A stretch of 64,000 nucleotides of DNA from Vulcanimicrobiota bacterium (GCA_963833095.1 CAWHWQ010000001.1:352001-416000); one strand, 5' to 3'; shown: positions 9,470 to 20,206, numbered from the stretch's first letter. Translations and numbers: made by a program. The notes: generated by a model from the sequence alone, not told the origin.

Positions 9470-9880
9470 GTGGCGGAACGCGACTTAGCAACCCTACTTA
9501 TCACAATGAAACCAGCCTTGGACCCACGCGAGTGGGTTTTTTGCTGCGTCGACCGCTCATTTCCCATCGACGAAGCCCGCCCGCTGCTGATGTTTCGCGA
9601 AAGCGAGGGCATTACGATCGTCGTAGAGCGGCACGTTGCCGAAGGACATGACTTGGAATATGCTTTTCTCGCGCGGAGGATCACGCTACGCGTCGAGTCG
9701 GATTTAGCGTCGGTTGGTTTCACCGCCGCGGTAACTGCGGCGCTTGCAAAACACACAATTGCTACCAATGTCGTAAGCGGGTTCTACCACGATCACCTCT
9801 TTGTGCCGCTGGATCGTGGTGAAGAAGCGCTACGCGTTCTGGAAGAGCTCAGCGCGCAAAGCGCTCGTCGAGTACTCTGA
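9470..9880 (+). CDS. ACT-domain protein (DUF2241-like)
   Basis: [47 protein letters not shown] start at 9470. Confidence 0.8.
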   Translation: MAERDLATLLITMKPALDPREWVFCCVDRSFPIDEARPLLMFRESEGITIVVERHVAEGHDLEYAFLARRITLRVESDLASVGFTAAVTAALAKHTIATNVVSGFYHDHLFVPLDRGEEALRVLEELSAQSARRVL

Positions 9881-10853
9881 GCATTTCGCGCTGCCGGGTC
9901 GGAATCGACTGAGGTTGCGCTGCACTACGTTCGGGCTTGGCCCGATCGCTCACGTCGATCACTTGCGCGATCGACTCGGTAAGCGCATCGATGTCGTAGC
10001 CGCCTTCCAGAACGTAAGCGACACGCCCGTTGCAATACTCTATCGCGGTGCGATTGATCGCAGCGGCAAGGGCTGACGCGGCGCTGACGTCGATGCCGAG
10101 GTCGCCGACCGGGTCGCCGGCGACGTAATCGAATCCGGCGCTTGCCACGATGAGATCGGGACGCACATAGGCAGCTGCGCGTTCGAGCAACGCCTCCCAA
10201 ATCGCAACGAAGGCTTCGGTAGCGATTCCCGAGGCGGGGAGCGGGACGTTGATCAGCGCGTCGTCGCCGATCGCTGCGATCTCGTGGCCCGTGCCCGGAT
10301 ACGCGGGCGAGGCGTGGGTAGAGACGTAACTAAGCCCCTTCCCCACGACGTCCTGCGTCCCATTGCCGTGGTGGTAATCGAAATCGATGAGCAGCACGCG
10401 GCCACCGGCACGCGCCTGGTATGCGCGCGCCGCAATCGCTGCGTTATTGAACACACAAAATCCCATGCCGCGCGTCGACTCGGCGTGGTGCCCGGGCGGA
10501 CGCACCAAGGCAAAGGCCGGTGCGTTGTTTTCGACGGCCGCTTCGACAGCGGCAATCGCACCCCCGGCGGCGCGGCGCGCGACGTCCAGCGTGCGCGCAT
10601 CGACCACGACGTCGCCGGTCGAGAGATACCGCGGACCGGAGAGATCGCCGATTTCCCGCTTTACGAGTTCGACATATCGTTGCGCATGAACGCGTTCGAT
10701 GTCGTCATCGCTCGCGTCGCTCGGGTGCAAGGTATCGCCCGCGAGGCCGCGCTGGGCTAAACGCGCAGCGACCACCTCCACGCGGTCGGGAGATTCAGGA
10801 TGCCCGAGATCGCGGAGATGGTCGCCGTAGAGCGCGTCGTAGACGAGTTTCAG
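9849..10853 (-). CDS. Histone deacetylase / AcuC-family hydrolase
   Basis: [44 protein letters not shown]; frame extends upstream to CTG 10853. Confidence 0.9.
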   Translation of the reverse strand: MKLVYDALYGDHLRDLGHPESPDRVEVVAARLAQRGLAGDTLHPSDASDDDIERVHAQRYVELVKREIGDLSGPRYLSTGDVVVDARTLDVARRAAGGAIAAVEAAVENNAPAFALVRPPGHHAESTRGMGFCVFNNAAIAARAYQARAGGRVLLIDFDYHHGNGTQDVVGKGLSYVSTHASPAYPGTGHEIAAIGDDALINVPLPASGIATEAFVAIWEALLERAAAYVRPDLIVASAGFDYVAGDPVGDLGIDVSAASALAAAINRTAIEYCNGRVAYVLEGGYDIDALTESIAQVIDVSDRAKPERSAAQPQSIPTRQREMLRVLDERFAR

Positions 10854-10857
10854 GGCG

Positions 10858-12399
10858 CTAGGGTTTCTTCTTCGGCGCCGCGGGTGCAGGCTTACTCAGA
10901 TCCGCGATCCAGCCTTGGATCTGCGCATAGTCTTTCGTGCCTTTCTTGATCATCGGCAACAGGCGTTTGTAGGCCTCAAGGGCCTTCGAGCGCTGGTTGG
11001 TCTGTTCGTAGCATTTGCCCGCGACGAAGAGCAGCTGCGGATTCTGATTCAAAAAGCCGTTGGCGTTCTTGTCGAGGACGTCGAAGATCTGCGCAGCTTC
11101 TTTGTAGTTTTTCAACTCGAAGTCGGCTCCCGCGATGCATCCGAGCAACGCAGGAGTGCGCTGCAACGCGAAGGCCTTACTGCAAGCGTCCTTCGAGCCC
11201 GCGTAGTCGTGAAGATATGAATACGCCTGTCCGAGCATCTGAAGCGAATTCGGATCAGGTTGAACGGCAACCACGCGCTTCAGATAAGCGACAGCTTCGG
11301 AGAAGTTCTGCTGACCCATGTCGAGCTGCGCCAAACGGCCGAGCGCATCGACGTTATTGTTGTCAATTGCCAGCGCCGCCAGCCACTCTGTCTTCGCCTT
11401 ATCCATCTGCGGCGGTTTTTGCGAGGCCAAGAAATCGCCGTATGCAACGTAAATCTGGGGGACTTTCGGATATTGCGCGATCCCCTGCAAGAAGATGCCC
11501 TCGGCCACCGAGTTCTTCTTTTCACCAACGAAATAGGCCGCCTTGCGGATGAGAATCTGCACCTTGGCAGCGTCGTCGGGTGCGGCGACGATGGCGTCGT
11601 CGTACGCCGCCGAGGCTTGGTCGTCAACATGCTGACGCGCGTAGAGGTCGGCCTTGAAGATCAGTGCCCGCACGTTCTTGGGATCCAGCGCGATCACTTT
11701 GGCGACTTGTTGCAGCGCAATCGGAATGTTGTCTTGCGCTGCGTACGTTTGCGCAATCTGGAAGAGCGGATCCGGGTTCTTGGGGTCCTTGCTCGCGGCG
11801 ATCGCGAACTGCGCTCGCGCATCATCGTATTTCTGTTCGGCTGCATAGACTGACCCCAGCATGGAGTACGATGCTGCGTCACCCTTGTTCAACACGACAC
11901 TTCGATTGGCGATGCGCTCGGCGTCGGTGAAGCGGTTCGTTTTTAGGTACAGCTCAACGAGTTGCTCGAGCACACCGATGTTGCTCGGATCGAGATTTTC
12001 GGCTTGCTCGAGGTCGCTGATTGCGACATCGTCGTGACCGAGCTCATCCATCGCAAATCCGTCGAGATAGTAGACCTGCGCCGTCTTGTCGCCCATCTGC
12101 AGGAGATGCTGCGTGAGCTGAGCCGAAAGGTCGGGCCGGCTTATCCCGAGGAACTGACCGGCAAGCTGCGTCATCGCATCTTGATCGTTCGGATTCGCCT
12201 TGAGCTTGGCCTGAAGTTTCGGAATCGCCACCTGCGGCGGTTCGGGTGATGCAGTCGGCAACGCCGACGCGCTGGGCGAAGGCGATGGCGACGCCGCGCT
12301 CTTGCCACCGCCGAACAGTCCGGCCTGCGCCGGTTGTGTAACGGCGAACGCCGCGGCGATCGCGACGATCAATGTGAGGACGAGTGTGAAGCGTTTCAA
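10858..12399 (-). CDS. Secreted tetratricopeptide-repeat protein
   Basis: Signal peptide from TTG 12399, SP-rich linker, repeated TPR-like helices with DP/NP turns. Confidence 0.85.
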   Translation of the reverse strand: MKRFTLVLTLIVAIAAAFAVTQPAQAGLFGGGKSAASPSPSPSASALPTASPEPPQVAIPKLQAKLKANPNDQDAMTQLAGQFLGISRPDLSAQLTQHLLQMGDKTAQVYYLDGFAMDELGHDDVAISDLEQAENLDPSNIGVLEQLVELYLKTNRFTDAERIANRSVVLNKGDAASYSMLGSVYAAEQKYDDARAQFAIAASKDPKNPDPLFQIAQTYAAQDNIPIALQQVAKVIALDPKNVRALIFKADLYARQHVDDQASAAYDDAIVAAPDDAAKVQILIRKAAYFVGEKKNSVAEGIFLQGIAQYPKVPQIYVAYGDFLASQKPPQMDKAKTEWLAALAIDNNNVDALGRLAQLDMGQQNFSEAVAYLKRVVAVQPDPNSLQMLGQAYSYLHDYAGSKDACSKAFALQRTPALLGCIAGADFELKNYKEAAQIFDVLDKNANGFLNQNPQLLFVAGKCYEQTNQRSKALEAYKRLLPMIKKGTKDYAQIQGWIADLSKPAPAAPKKKP

Positions 12400-12418
12400 C
12401 GTGTTCGAGATCCTTAAT

Positions 12419-13396
12419 CTATGATTTAGCTGCTTGGACGAGCTTGGTGAGCTCCGGAACGATGGCGAACGCGTCGCCAACGACGAGGAGATCCGAGAAC
12501 TCGGCGATCGGCGATTGTCCGTCTTTGTTGATCGCGATGATCGTACCTGAGGAACGCATGCCGACCTTGTGTTGTATCGCGCCCGAGATTCCGACCGCGA
12601 TGTAGAGCGGGGGGCTGACTGTCTTGCCCGTCTGACCGATTTGCAGGCTGTATGGGACCCAACCAGCGTCAGCGGCCGCGCGCGATGCGCCCACCGCGCC
12701 GCCAAGTGCCGAAGCGAGGGGTTTGAGCAAGGTCTCGAAAGGCTCGGGTCCTCCGAGGCCCCGACCGCCTGCTACGACAACGGGCGCTTCCTCGAGTGCG
12801 AGTTCCCCAGAGCTCTCTTCGACGTCTTTCTCAACCACGACGTTGTACGTCTTGCCGGCGGGTTTTTCGATTGCTTGCACGCTCGCACCGCTACCGCCCG
12901 TTTGCGCCGCAAAGGCGTTGGGACGAATCGTAATGATGCCATAGTCGCCCGCGCGTAACTCGCAATTGGTGATCGCGGCGCCGCCCATCTTGGGCATGAC
13001 CGCGACGATCTTGCCGCCTTCGATCTTGAAGTCGGTCGCGTCGGCGCATACACCGGCGTTCAAGCGTGCGACCAATCGGCCTGCGACGTCTTTGCCGGTC
13101 AACGTGTTGGCAACCAGCACGAGCGACGAACCAATCGCTTTGGCCGCAGCCTCGAGATAGTCGATGACCGGATCCAGTAGATAGGTGTCGACATCGCTGT
13201 CGTCGTTGACATAGATCACATCGAGCGGATAGTTCTTGAGCGTCTCCGCCAGTGTCGAGGATCCAGCACCGACGACGAGCGCGTACGCCTTTCCGCCGAG
13301 TTGGTCGGCAAGCTTGCGCGCTTGCGTCGCCATCTCGAACGTAACCTTCGGCGTTTGCGCGTTCTTGTGCTGTACGTAAACCAGAACGTTGTTCAT
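12419..13396 (-). CDS. etfA: Electron transfer flavoprotein alpha subunit
   Basis: VVAGGRGLG, GAVGASRAA, QIGQTGKTVSP, GISGAIQH. Confidence 0.95.
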   Translation of the reverse strand: MNNVLVYVQHKNAQTPKVTFEMATQARKLADQLGGKAYALVVGAGSSTLAETLKNYPLDVIYVNDDSDVDTYLLDPVIDYLEAAAKAIGSSLVLVANTLTGKDVAGRLVARLNAGVCADATDFKIEGGKIVAVMPKMGGAAITNCELRAGDYGIITIRPNAFAAQTGGSGASVQAIEKPAGKTYNVVVEKDVEESSGELALEEAPVVVAGGRGLGGPEPFETLLKPLASALGGAVGASRAAADAGWVPYSLQIGQTGKTVSPPLYIAVGISGAIQHKVGMRSSGTIIAINKDGQSPIAEFSDLLVVGDAFAIVPELTKLVQAAKS

Positions 13397-13397
13397 A

Positions 13398-14186
13398 TTA
13401 GACGAGCTTCTTCTCTTTGAGGAACGCGAAAATGGCCTGCGCGCCCGACGGGCCATCGGCCGCTTCGATGACTTGGCCCTTGCCGCGCACGGGCGGTGGC
13501 GAAAACGCCAGCAGCTGCGTCTTCGAGCCGCCTTGGCCGACCGGCTGTTCCAGGCCCAAATCCGCGACGCTCAGCGCAGCGATCGTCTTTTTCTTGGCGC
13601 CCATGATGCCTTTGAGCGACGCGTACCGCGGTTCGCCAAACGTGAGCGCCGTTGTTATGACGCAAGGCAGCGGGGCGGTCACATCTTGAAAGCCGGTGTC
13701 GGTCTCGCGTTCGATCTTCAGTTTGGTATCGGCGACTTCGGCCTTCCGCGCGTTGGTCACGAGCGGCGTTTGCAGATATTCGGCAAGTGCGCCCGGCGTT
13801 GCGCCGGTGGAACCATCGTCAGAAAGTCCGCCAACGATCAACAAGTCGAAGCCGATCTTCTTGAGCGCATGGGCAATCGCATAGGAACTCGCCCACACAT
13901 CGCTGCCTTCGAGCCCGGCATCGCTTAGCAACACCGCGTCGTCGGCACCCATCGCGAGTGCCTTGCGCAGCGTTTCCTTGAGCGACTCGGGGGCCATGCT
14001 AAAGACCGTGACGGTCGTATCACCGCCAACCTTTTCTTTGAGCTGCAGCGCCGCTTCGAGTGCGTATTCGTCGTACGGGTTGAGCACCGTCTCAACGCCG
14101 GTGCGAACCAAACGCTTCGTGCTGTCGTCGATCCGCTTTTCAGCATTTGGATCCGGCACAAGCTTGACCGTGACCACGATCTTCAC
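13398..14186 (-). CDS. etfB: Electron transfer flavoprotein beta subunit
   Basis: KLVPDP, LNPYDEYALE, ALAMGAD, EPRYASLKGIM. Confidence 0.95.
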   Translation of the reverse strand: MKIVVTVKLVPDPNAEKRIDDSTKRLVRTGVETVLNPYDEYALEAALQLKEKVGGDTTVTVFSMAPESLKETLRKALAMGADDAVLLSDAGLEGSDVWASSYAIAHALKKIGFDLLIVGGLSDDGSTGATPGALAEYLQTPLVTNARKAEVADTKLKIERETDTGFQDVTAPLPCVITTALTFGEPRYASLKGIMGAKKKTIAALSVADLGLEQPVGQGGSKTQLLAFSPPPVRGKGQVIEAADGPSGAQAIFAFLKEKKLV

Positions 14187-14243
14187 GTGGAGAAATCGAC
14201 CTCCTCAGGTACGTGGGGGAGAACCCGGCGCCATTAGGGTTGA

Positions 14244-16145
14244 CTAGAGCTGAATCCTCTGATCGACCACCAGAGCCGTTCCGCGCACGGTGGGGGGTGG
14301 ACCGCCTGGTTCGGAGGGTAGCCCGGTCAGGCCATAGCGACGAAGCTGCACGAGAAGCTGCTGGCCATTCGTGAAATCCCACTCGCCTCCGACGAAGGCC
14401 TCTCCGTAGATCCCGAGGACCGGTGTCGTCGACCAATAGCCGTTTGCGCTGTAGCGTCCGTAACCGATTGCCGCGACCATCTTCTTGCTCCAATGATGCT
14501 GGAAGGTCCCAATGATCTGCGGATAGTTTATGCTCACAAAATCGACCGGATCGGTTGCTGGGCGATACGAGCGGTCCCAGACCGAGTCCACAACCAGGTC
14601 GTCGCTAGGCCAATGCCAGACCGCATAGAGCGCAACTTGCCGCTGCCAGCCCAGGGTGCTGTTACCGTCGAGCTGCGGTAAGAAGTAGCCGTCGACCCAG
14701 CCCTCCTGCGACGCGGTGGCGATCGTGATCGGCTCGATCTGTCGCCACACGGACGCGTCGGCGTGCAGTTGCAACCTCCCGCGCGAATAATTTGCGTATG
14801 CGCGATAGCCTTCGCGATTGATACCGATGATCGTGTTGTCTACGGCTTGGTACGTGGACTTGAGCCACTGCCCGGGCCACGACCACGCGACGCTCCATAC
14901 GTTCTCGGGTACGCCGTACGGCAAGATGACATCGGCGTAACGCGGATCGAAACGGTAGTAGTCGATCCCGGCATCAGTGCCCGTCTTGAAATGATGGCTG
15001 AACTTAAGGTGCTCGTACGTACCCGGCGATTGCGTGCCGGGTTGCGCGGCAAGGCCATCGTGGTACCATCCCTCGCCGAGCTCGATCAGCAGATCATTAC
15101 CGTGAGACGGGTGGAAGAGGGCACGGACTCCCGCGAGTGTTTGAACTTGATCGGCAAGCGTGCTCGAGAAGAGCCGCCCCTGCGGCCCGGGATAGAGTGT
15201 TTGATCGGTCCCGAAGAACGTCGTCGTGTTGATCGGATCGCCCGAGGTCGTGATGTTTGCAACTTGCGCGGAGAAGCGCCCGTAGTCGCCGCGATCGAGC
15301 ACGTAAGACGCCATTGCCAAACGCGCCTGCGTGCCTTGCAACACCGGCAGCAAGGCATCGGTCAATTCGACGGTCGATTGCCGGTGCGTCCACACGAGGT
15401 CGGCGCCAAGTAACGGCAGCGACGAGGGCGAGGCAGTCCATGCATCGACGTTCGGTGTACCCGGCCCAAGGGTTTCAGCGGTTGGCACACCGGTCGACGG
15501 ATTCGCGTTGGTCACCGCCGGCGGCGCGAAAACGAAACGATCGGTTTGCGTAAGGTTGACGTACCCGCCACTGACTTTCCATGCGCCGTCGTTGCTTGCA
15601 AGCGATGCTGCGTACGGCGTAATGATCTGCGCGGATCCGCCTTCGATCCCACCGCCCCCGCTCTGTGGAAAATTGATCGCATAGTTGATCGGCGAGTGAC
15701 CCTCATGCGGATCGAGCGGACCCTGCCAGGGCTCGCTCCAGTACATGAGGTTGTTCAAATCGCCGCCATACGCGCCGACGAGCACTTGCGCGTCGAGCGT
15801 CACGCTACGCATGCGATCGTTGCCGTCGACAAGGTACTGCAGCATCCCGGCATTTCCCGGCGTCTCCACCGCGCTGGTAAACCAATCGTAGGGCGACATC
15901 GGAGAAAGCGGCAGACCGGCTTGAAATGCGGCAGCTTCGGGCGGCGCGAGTCCCGGGCCGGCCACGCCCTGCGAAATGAAGACGTTGGCGCCCTGCGCAT
16001 GCAACGAGAAGCCCGGCGTCGGCGAGGGCGATGGGGAAGCAGACGGAGAGGCGGCGGGTGCGGGCGACGCGGCTTGCGCAGCAACGACGACGGGTATTCC
16101 ACACGCGACGACCATCGCCGCAAACCAAAGCGCGAGCTTCTGCAC
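14244..16145 (-). CDS. Secreted / outer-membrane beta-barrel-like hypothetical protein
   Basis: Signal peptide, ASPSPSP linker, aromatic-rich alternating beta-strand patterns. Confidence 0.7.
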   Translation of the reverse strand: MQKLALWFAAMVVACGIPVVVAAQAASPAPAASPSASPSPSPTPGFSLHAQGANVFISQGVAGPGLAPPEAAAFQAGLPLSPMSPYDWFTSAVETPGNAGMLQYLVDGNDRMRSVTLDAQVLVGAYGGDLNNLMYWSEPWQGPLDPHEGHSPINYAINFPQSGGGGIEGGSAQIITPYAASLASNDGAWKVSGGYVNLTQTDRFVFAPPAVTNANPSTGVPTAETLGPGTPNVDAWTASPSSLPLLGADLVWTHRQSTVELTDALLPVLQGTQARLAMASYVLDRGDYGRFSAQVANITTSGDPINTTTFFGTDQTLYPGPQGRLFSSTLADQVQTLAGVRALFHPSHGNDLLIELGEGWYHDGLAAQPGTQSPGTYEHLKFSHHFKTGTDAGIDYYRFDPRYADVILPYGVPENVWSVAWSWPGQWLKSTYQAVDNTIIGINREGYRAYANYSRGRLQLHADASVWRQIEPITIATASQEGWVDGYFLPQLDGNSTLGWQRQVALYAVWHWPSDDLVVDSVWDRSYRPATDPVDFVSINYPQIIGTFQHHWSKKMVAAIGYGRYSANGYWSTTPVLGIYGEAFVGGEWDFTNGQQLLVQLRRYGLTGLPSEPGGPPPTVRGTALVVDQRIQL

Positions 16146-16201
16146 GTGTAGCGCCTAGATTTAGGTCTGCGCTACGCGGGAGCCTCCGCGTTAAGGCCGA
16201 T

Positions 16202-16327
16202 TTATAGGTGGGGCAGCATGGCGAGCCACGGGCTAAAGCGCGTAGCGCCGTTGAACTCGTTGGCTCGCAGCGTGTCGTCGTGCGGACGATCTGCCGCCCG
16301 GAAAAAGATCGCGAACAATACCTTCAT
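16202..16327 (-). CDS. Small 41-aa protein
   Basis: GAGGAGGT Shine-Dalgarno 7 nt before ATG; MKVLFAIFFRAADRPHDDTLRANEFNGATRFSPWLAMLPHL. Confidence 0.5.
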   Translation of the reverse strand: MKVLFAIFFRAADRPHDDTLRANEFNGATRFSPWLAMLPHL

Positions 16328-16423
16328 GGCAATGACCTCCTCGCGGATGCACCCTACATCATCGAATCGGTGTTTTTGGGGAAAATTCGCCCTATCTAAC
16401 GGTAATCTTACGCGACCCTAATA

Positions 16424-17494
16424 TTACGCTTTCGTCTTTCGACCACGTTGATATTCAGGTGGTACGAATGACTCCGCGCCGAGTTCATCGGCCGCGTCCC
16501 ACACCCAGCGCGGATTGCGTATGAAGCCGCGCGCCAGCGCAACAAAGTCGGCTTGCCCGGTCGAGATGATCTCTTCGGCCTGCGCTGGTTCGGTGATCAT
16601 GCCAACCGAGAAGGTCGTCATGCCCGTCGCCTTCTTGATCGCCTCGGAGAACGGCACTTGGTAGCCTGGGCCAAGCTCGATCTGTTGATCGGGCGAGAGT
16701 CCACCACTCGAAACGTCGACGAAGTCGCAGCCTCTCTTTTGCAATTCTCGTACGAACTCGATCGATTGCTGGACATCCCATCCACCCGGCACCCAATCGC
16801 TCGCGGAGATACGCACGCCCAGCGGCTTCTCGTGTGGCCATGCCGCGCGCACCGCCTCGAACAGTTCGAGCGGGAAGCGCAGCCGGTTTTCGAGTGACCC
16901 ACCGTACTGATCGGTGCGCTGATTCGAAAGCGGCGAAAGAAACTCGTGTGCCAGATAGCCGTGCGCGAAGTGCAGCTCGATCACATCGACACCGAGTCGC
17001 GCGGCACGCTCCGTCGCCGCGACAAAGTCGGTACGGATTTTTTGCAGCCCTTCGCGATCGAGCGCGACGGGCGTTTGCCAATCCGAGTACGGCACCGCCG
17101 ATGGTGCTACGGTTTGGTAGGCGTGCTCGCCGGTTGCCGGGCCGCCGCCGTTCCACGGCGGTGTCGTAGAACCTTTGCGCCCGGCGTGCGCGAGTTGCAC
17201 CCCGATCTTGCTGCGCGACCACGTCCGGACAAACGCAACGACACGCGCCATCGCGGCTTCGTTCTCGTCGGAGTAGAGGCCGAGGTCTTGGTCGGTGATG
17301 CGCGCCTCGGGGCTCACGTGCGTGGCTTCAAAGAAGACCAGGGCCGGGCCCGATAGCGAAAACTGACCGAGGTTGACCACGTGCCAATCATTGGCGTTGC
17401 CGTCGGTCGACGAATATTGGCACATCGGCGAGACCACGATCCGATTCTCAAAGGTCGTGCCGCGCAACGTCATGGGAGAGAACAGTTTACTCAC
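16424..17494 (-). CDS. NADH:flavin oxidoreductase (old yellow enzyme, YqjM/NamA type)
   Basis: NRIVVSPMCQYS, QLAHAGRK, HFAHGYL, NQRTDQYGGSLENR; GTG start at 17494. Confidence 0.93.
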   Translation of the reverse strand: MSKLFSPMTLRGTTFENRIVVSPMCQYSSTDGNANDWHVVNLGQFSLSGPALVFFEATHVSPEARITDQDLGLYSDENEAAMARVVAFVRTWSRSKIGVQLAHAGRKGSTTPPWNGGGPATGEHAYQTVAPSAVPYSDWQTPVALDREGLQKIRTDFVAATERAARLGVDVIELHFAHGYLAHEFLSPLSNQRTDQYGGSLENRLRFPLELFEAVRAAWPHEKPLGVRISASDWVPGGWDVQQSIEFVRELQKRGCDFVDVSSGGLSPDQQIELGPGYQVPFSEAIKKATGMTTFSVGMITEPAQAEEIISTGQADFVALARGFIRNPRWVWDAADELGAESFVPPEYQRGRKTKA

Positions 17495-17536
17495 GAAACT
17501 ATCGTACCCACTTGCTTGCTCTGAGGTTGCGCCCGC

Positions 17537-18178
17537 ATGACCTATCGCCCCCCACATGTCCGCGCCGACGACTGCGCGCCCTTGTTGGCGCTGATCGCCG
17601 CTCACCCACTGGCGACGTTTATCACTGTTGCGGAGGGCGATCCCGTCGTTACCTACGTCCCCTTGCTCGCGCGTGAAGAGGACGGCGCGGTCATCCTCGA
17701 GGGGCACCTCGCGCGCGCCAACAATCAGTGGCGCGGCGGCGACGGCAAGGCCGTCGCGCTCTTCCGCGTGGCCGACCATTACATCTCGCCGACGTGGTAT
17801 GCGACCAAACGGATCAACGGGCGCGTGGTCCCGACGTTCGACTACGTCTGCGTCGAAGCGCGAGGGCAGGTTCGATTCATCGAGGACACTGAGTGGCTGC
17901 GCACGTTTGTCGCGCGGTTGACGATCTCGCAAGAGGCGAGTGTCGGAGCGAGTTGGACGATCGACGAAGCGCCTGACGACTACATGGAATCACAGCTCAA
18001 AGCGATCGTGGGTCTAGAAGTGCGCGTTGACGCGTTGACGGGTCTGTTCAAGCTCAGTCGCAATCACCCGGCCGAGAATGTCGCCAGCGTGATCGCGGGG
18101 CTTGAGAAACTCGGCGATCCCGATGCGCAGGCGATCGCGGCGTATATGCGCGCCGATCTCGCCAGCCGCGACGAATGA
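17537..18178 (+). CDS. PaiB-like FMN-binding protein
   Basis: MTYRPP, GHLARANNQW, YISPTWY, VPTFDY, KLSRN. Confidence 0.88.
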   Translation: MTYRPPHVRADDCAPLLALIAAHPLATFITVAEGDPVVTYVPLLAREEDGAVILEGHLARANNQWRGGDGKAVALFRVADHYISPTWYATKRINGRVVPTFDYVCVEARGQVRFIEDTEWLRTFVARLTISQEASVGASWTIDEAPDDYMESQLKAIVGLEVRVDALTGLFKLSRNHPAENVASVIAGLEKLGDPDAQAIAAYMRADLASRDE

Positions 18179-18179
18179 T

Positions 18180-18866
18180 TTAGTTCGGTTCGAAGTCCGC
18201 GTTGAAAAGATAGGTCCCATCCACCGGCGCACACTTGGCGATTCTCGGCGCGTACGTCGATCCTCGTGCCGCGCGCAAGGCCGCCTGGTCGATCGCTGCA
18301 TTGTTGGATGACCGGAAGATCCTGGCATCGACGACGCGCCCGTGCGCATCGATCGTTACCTGTACGGCCACGGAGACCAATCCCAATCCGAGGTCGCGAG
18401 CTGAGTCCGGATAGGCCGGCGACATCGGGTCGATCACCGATGCATCCGCATTGGGACTCGAGCACATCGGCCCCGTTGTCGCAGCGCCGGTTGTCGCGTC
18501 CGCTATGGGCGCCGATCCTTGCGCACCAGGAATGCCGTCGGGTCCGGCATTTGGCGGCGGGACGTACGCGGGTTCGGCCGGCCCCGACGTGCCGTGCGTC
18601 TTGGGAGGGTTTACCAAAAACGGTTTCGCCGCAGCGTGCGCGCGAGGTGTCGTATGGTGCAATGGCGGTGGAGTCGGCTTCGGCGGCGGGGTGCTTATGC
18701 GCGCTGCGTGGATGATGGAGAAAACATCCGGCTTCACATAGGTGTTAGGCGTTGTTAGATTAGGGTAGAGCGGGGTGACGAACGCATTGAGCATGAGCGA
18801 GAGCAACAAACCCAGGCCCAGGTAATTGGGTATCCGCTCGCCGGTCGAAATACATGTGCGTTCCAT
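18180..18866 (-). CDS. TonB-family energy transducer
   Basis: TM anchor, Pro-rich linker, PAYPDSAR..VTID..SSNNAAIDQAAL. Confidence 0.82.
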   Translation of the reverse strand: MERTCISTGERIPNYLGLGLLLSLMLNAFVTPLYPNLTTPNTYVKPDVFSIIHAARISTPPPKPTPPPLHHTTPRAHAAAKPFLVNPPKTHGTSGPAEPAYVPPPNAGPDGIPGAQGSAPIADATTGAATTGPMCSSPNADASVIDPMSPAYPDSARDLGLGLVSVAVQVTIDAHGRVVDARIFRSSNNAAIDQAALRAARGSTYAPRIAKCAPVDGTYLFNADFEPN

Positions 18867-18894
18867 CTTGTGAAGCACAAACGGGAGGATCGCT

Positions 18895-19251
18895 ATGCCT
18901 GTGACATCTCAGACATTCCGGCAGATTGCGTTGAGCTTTGCGGGGGCGGAGGAAGGCGCGCATCAGCGGCACCCTGACTTTCGCGTAAACGGCAAGATCT
19001 TCGCGACGCTGGGTTATCCCGACGCAAAATGGGGCATGGTGAACCTCACCCCGGACGAGCAGCACGCCTACATGAAGGTCGAGCCGGAAGCGTTCGAACC
19101 CGCCGCCGGTGCGTGGGGCGCAAAGGGTAGCACGATCGTCAAACTCGCGAAGGTGAAAAAAGCGACGCTCAAAGACGCGCTGGAGTCAGCGTGGACAAGA
19201 AGTCGTGCTTTGTTGCTGGCGCAGACGAAACAACGCCGACAGGGCCGATGA
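18895..19251 (+). CDS. MmcQ/YjbR-family protein
   Basis: HPDFRVNGKIFATL, GAWGAKG; GGAGG ribosome-binding site. Confidence 0.85.
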   Translation: MPVTSQTFRQIALSFAGAEEGAHQRHPDFRVNGKIFATLGYPDAKWGMVNLTPDEQHAYMKVEPEAFEPAAGAWGAKGSTIVKLAKVKKATLKDALESAWTRSRALLLAQTKQRRQGR

Positions 19252-19776
19252 CTGAAGCGCGCTTGCCTGTGCGGCCACATTCAGTGTTTTTTGATTCACG
19301 AGCCCTGCGGAAGCAGCTTCTCGTTGGATCACCGCGAGTGCCTGGGAACTGCCACGATTGAGCGCAAGCGCCTTCGTATAGGTCTCGTCGGCCGTTCGTT
19401 TGATGCGCGAATTTTCGGCAACGAGTGCGGCGTTGTCGTGACGCAGCACGTCTTGCGCCTTTTGTGCGTCGATTCTGCCACGTTCTGATTGCATGCGATT
19501 CACCGTGTCGTAGCCGACAGCTACGATGCTTCCCGCAAGGATGACCAGGCTCAAGGCCCAGGCGGGAAATCGACGCCGAACCGGGTCAGCGCTAGAGGCT
19601 GCTACAATCCCTACGGTGGCCGCGACCGCGATGCCGCCTACGGTAAGGAGGAAGCTGCCGTTACTGAGGACTCCCAGGTCAGAGTACGCGTAGACGGCGA
19701 GATACACACCCGGAGCGCCAATGACCATAGCAAGCGCGCCGGCTGCAATCAGAGTAATGGCCCCGAGCTTTGACAT
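19186..19776 (-). CDS. Hypothetical membrane protein with coiled-coil tail
   Basis: Three hydrophobic segments then a heptad-like region; 3' end overlaps the convergent gene. Confidence 0.55.
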   Translation of the reverse strand: MSKLGAITLIAAGALAMVIGAPGVYLAVYAYSDLGVLSNGSFLLTVGGIAVAATVGIVAASSADPVRRRFPAWALSLVILAGSIVAVGYDTVNRMQSERGRIDAQKAQDVLRHDNAALVAENSRIKRTADETYTKALALNRGSSQALAVIQREAASAGLVNQKTLNVAAQASALQSSALSALFRLRQQQSTTSCPR

Positions 19777-19809
19777 GGACGGCTCCGGTCACAAGATAGC
19801 GAGAATTCA

Positions 19810-20130
19810 TGGGATGACCGGGACTCGAACCCGGACGCTGTTTCCAGCTGCAGATTTTCGCACCACTATAGCTTTCGCTACCGCGTTCACGTTTGTGGTC
19901 CGGACTGTGCCTTGACCATGCACGTCGAGCGCAAGCTCGATGTGTTTAGGCCGCGCCCGTCCAGTCTCTACACCTTCGGAGATTCGCGCCGCAGCGCGAA
20001 TTCTGCTTGGCTCGGCGTTGTCAGTGAAGAGTTCGCCGACTTTGAGCGCATCCCACAGGGCGTTTCCGGCCCTGCGGCTCAGGGGTTTTTATCCCAAGTC
20101 TGCTGTGTCTGCCAGTTCCACCATCATCCC
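19810..20130 (-). tRNA. trnL: tRNA-Leu(UAA), intron-containing (exons 20130-20096 and 19858-19810)
   Basis: Acceptor stem GGGATGA/TCATCCC-A; spliced anticodon arm GCAGA-CTTAAAA-TCTGC; long variable arm GCTG-GAAA-CAGC; T arm CCGGG-TTCGAGT-CCCGG. Confidence 0.93.
19859..20095 (-). ncRNA. Group I intron, 237 nt, no ORF
   Basis: Follows the anticodon U and ends in G; P3 GCGCTC/GGGCGC, P4 TCGGCG/CGCCGA, R element GGTGTAGAGACTGGACGGG, S element AAGGCACAGTCC. Confidence 0.92.
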
Positions 20131-20206
20131 GATTTCGTCCCACTCCGTGGGACCGCACATCGTGTGCTCGAAATCACCACCCGCATCCTGCGGGTGCCAG
20201 ATGAGT

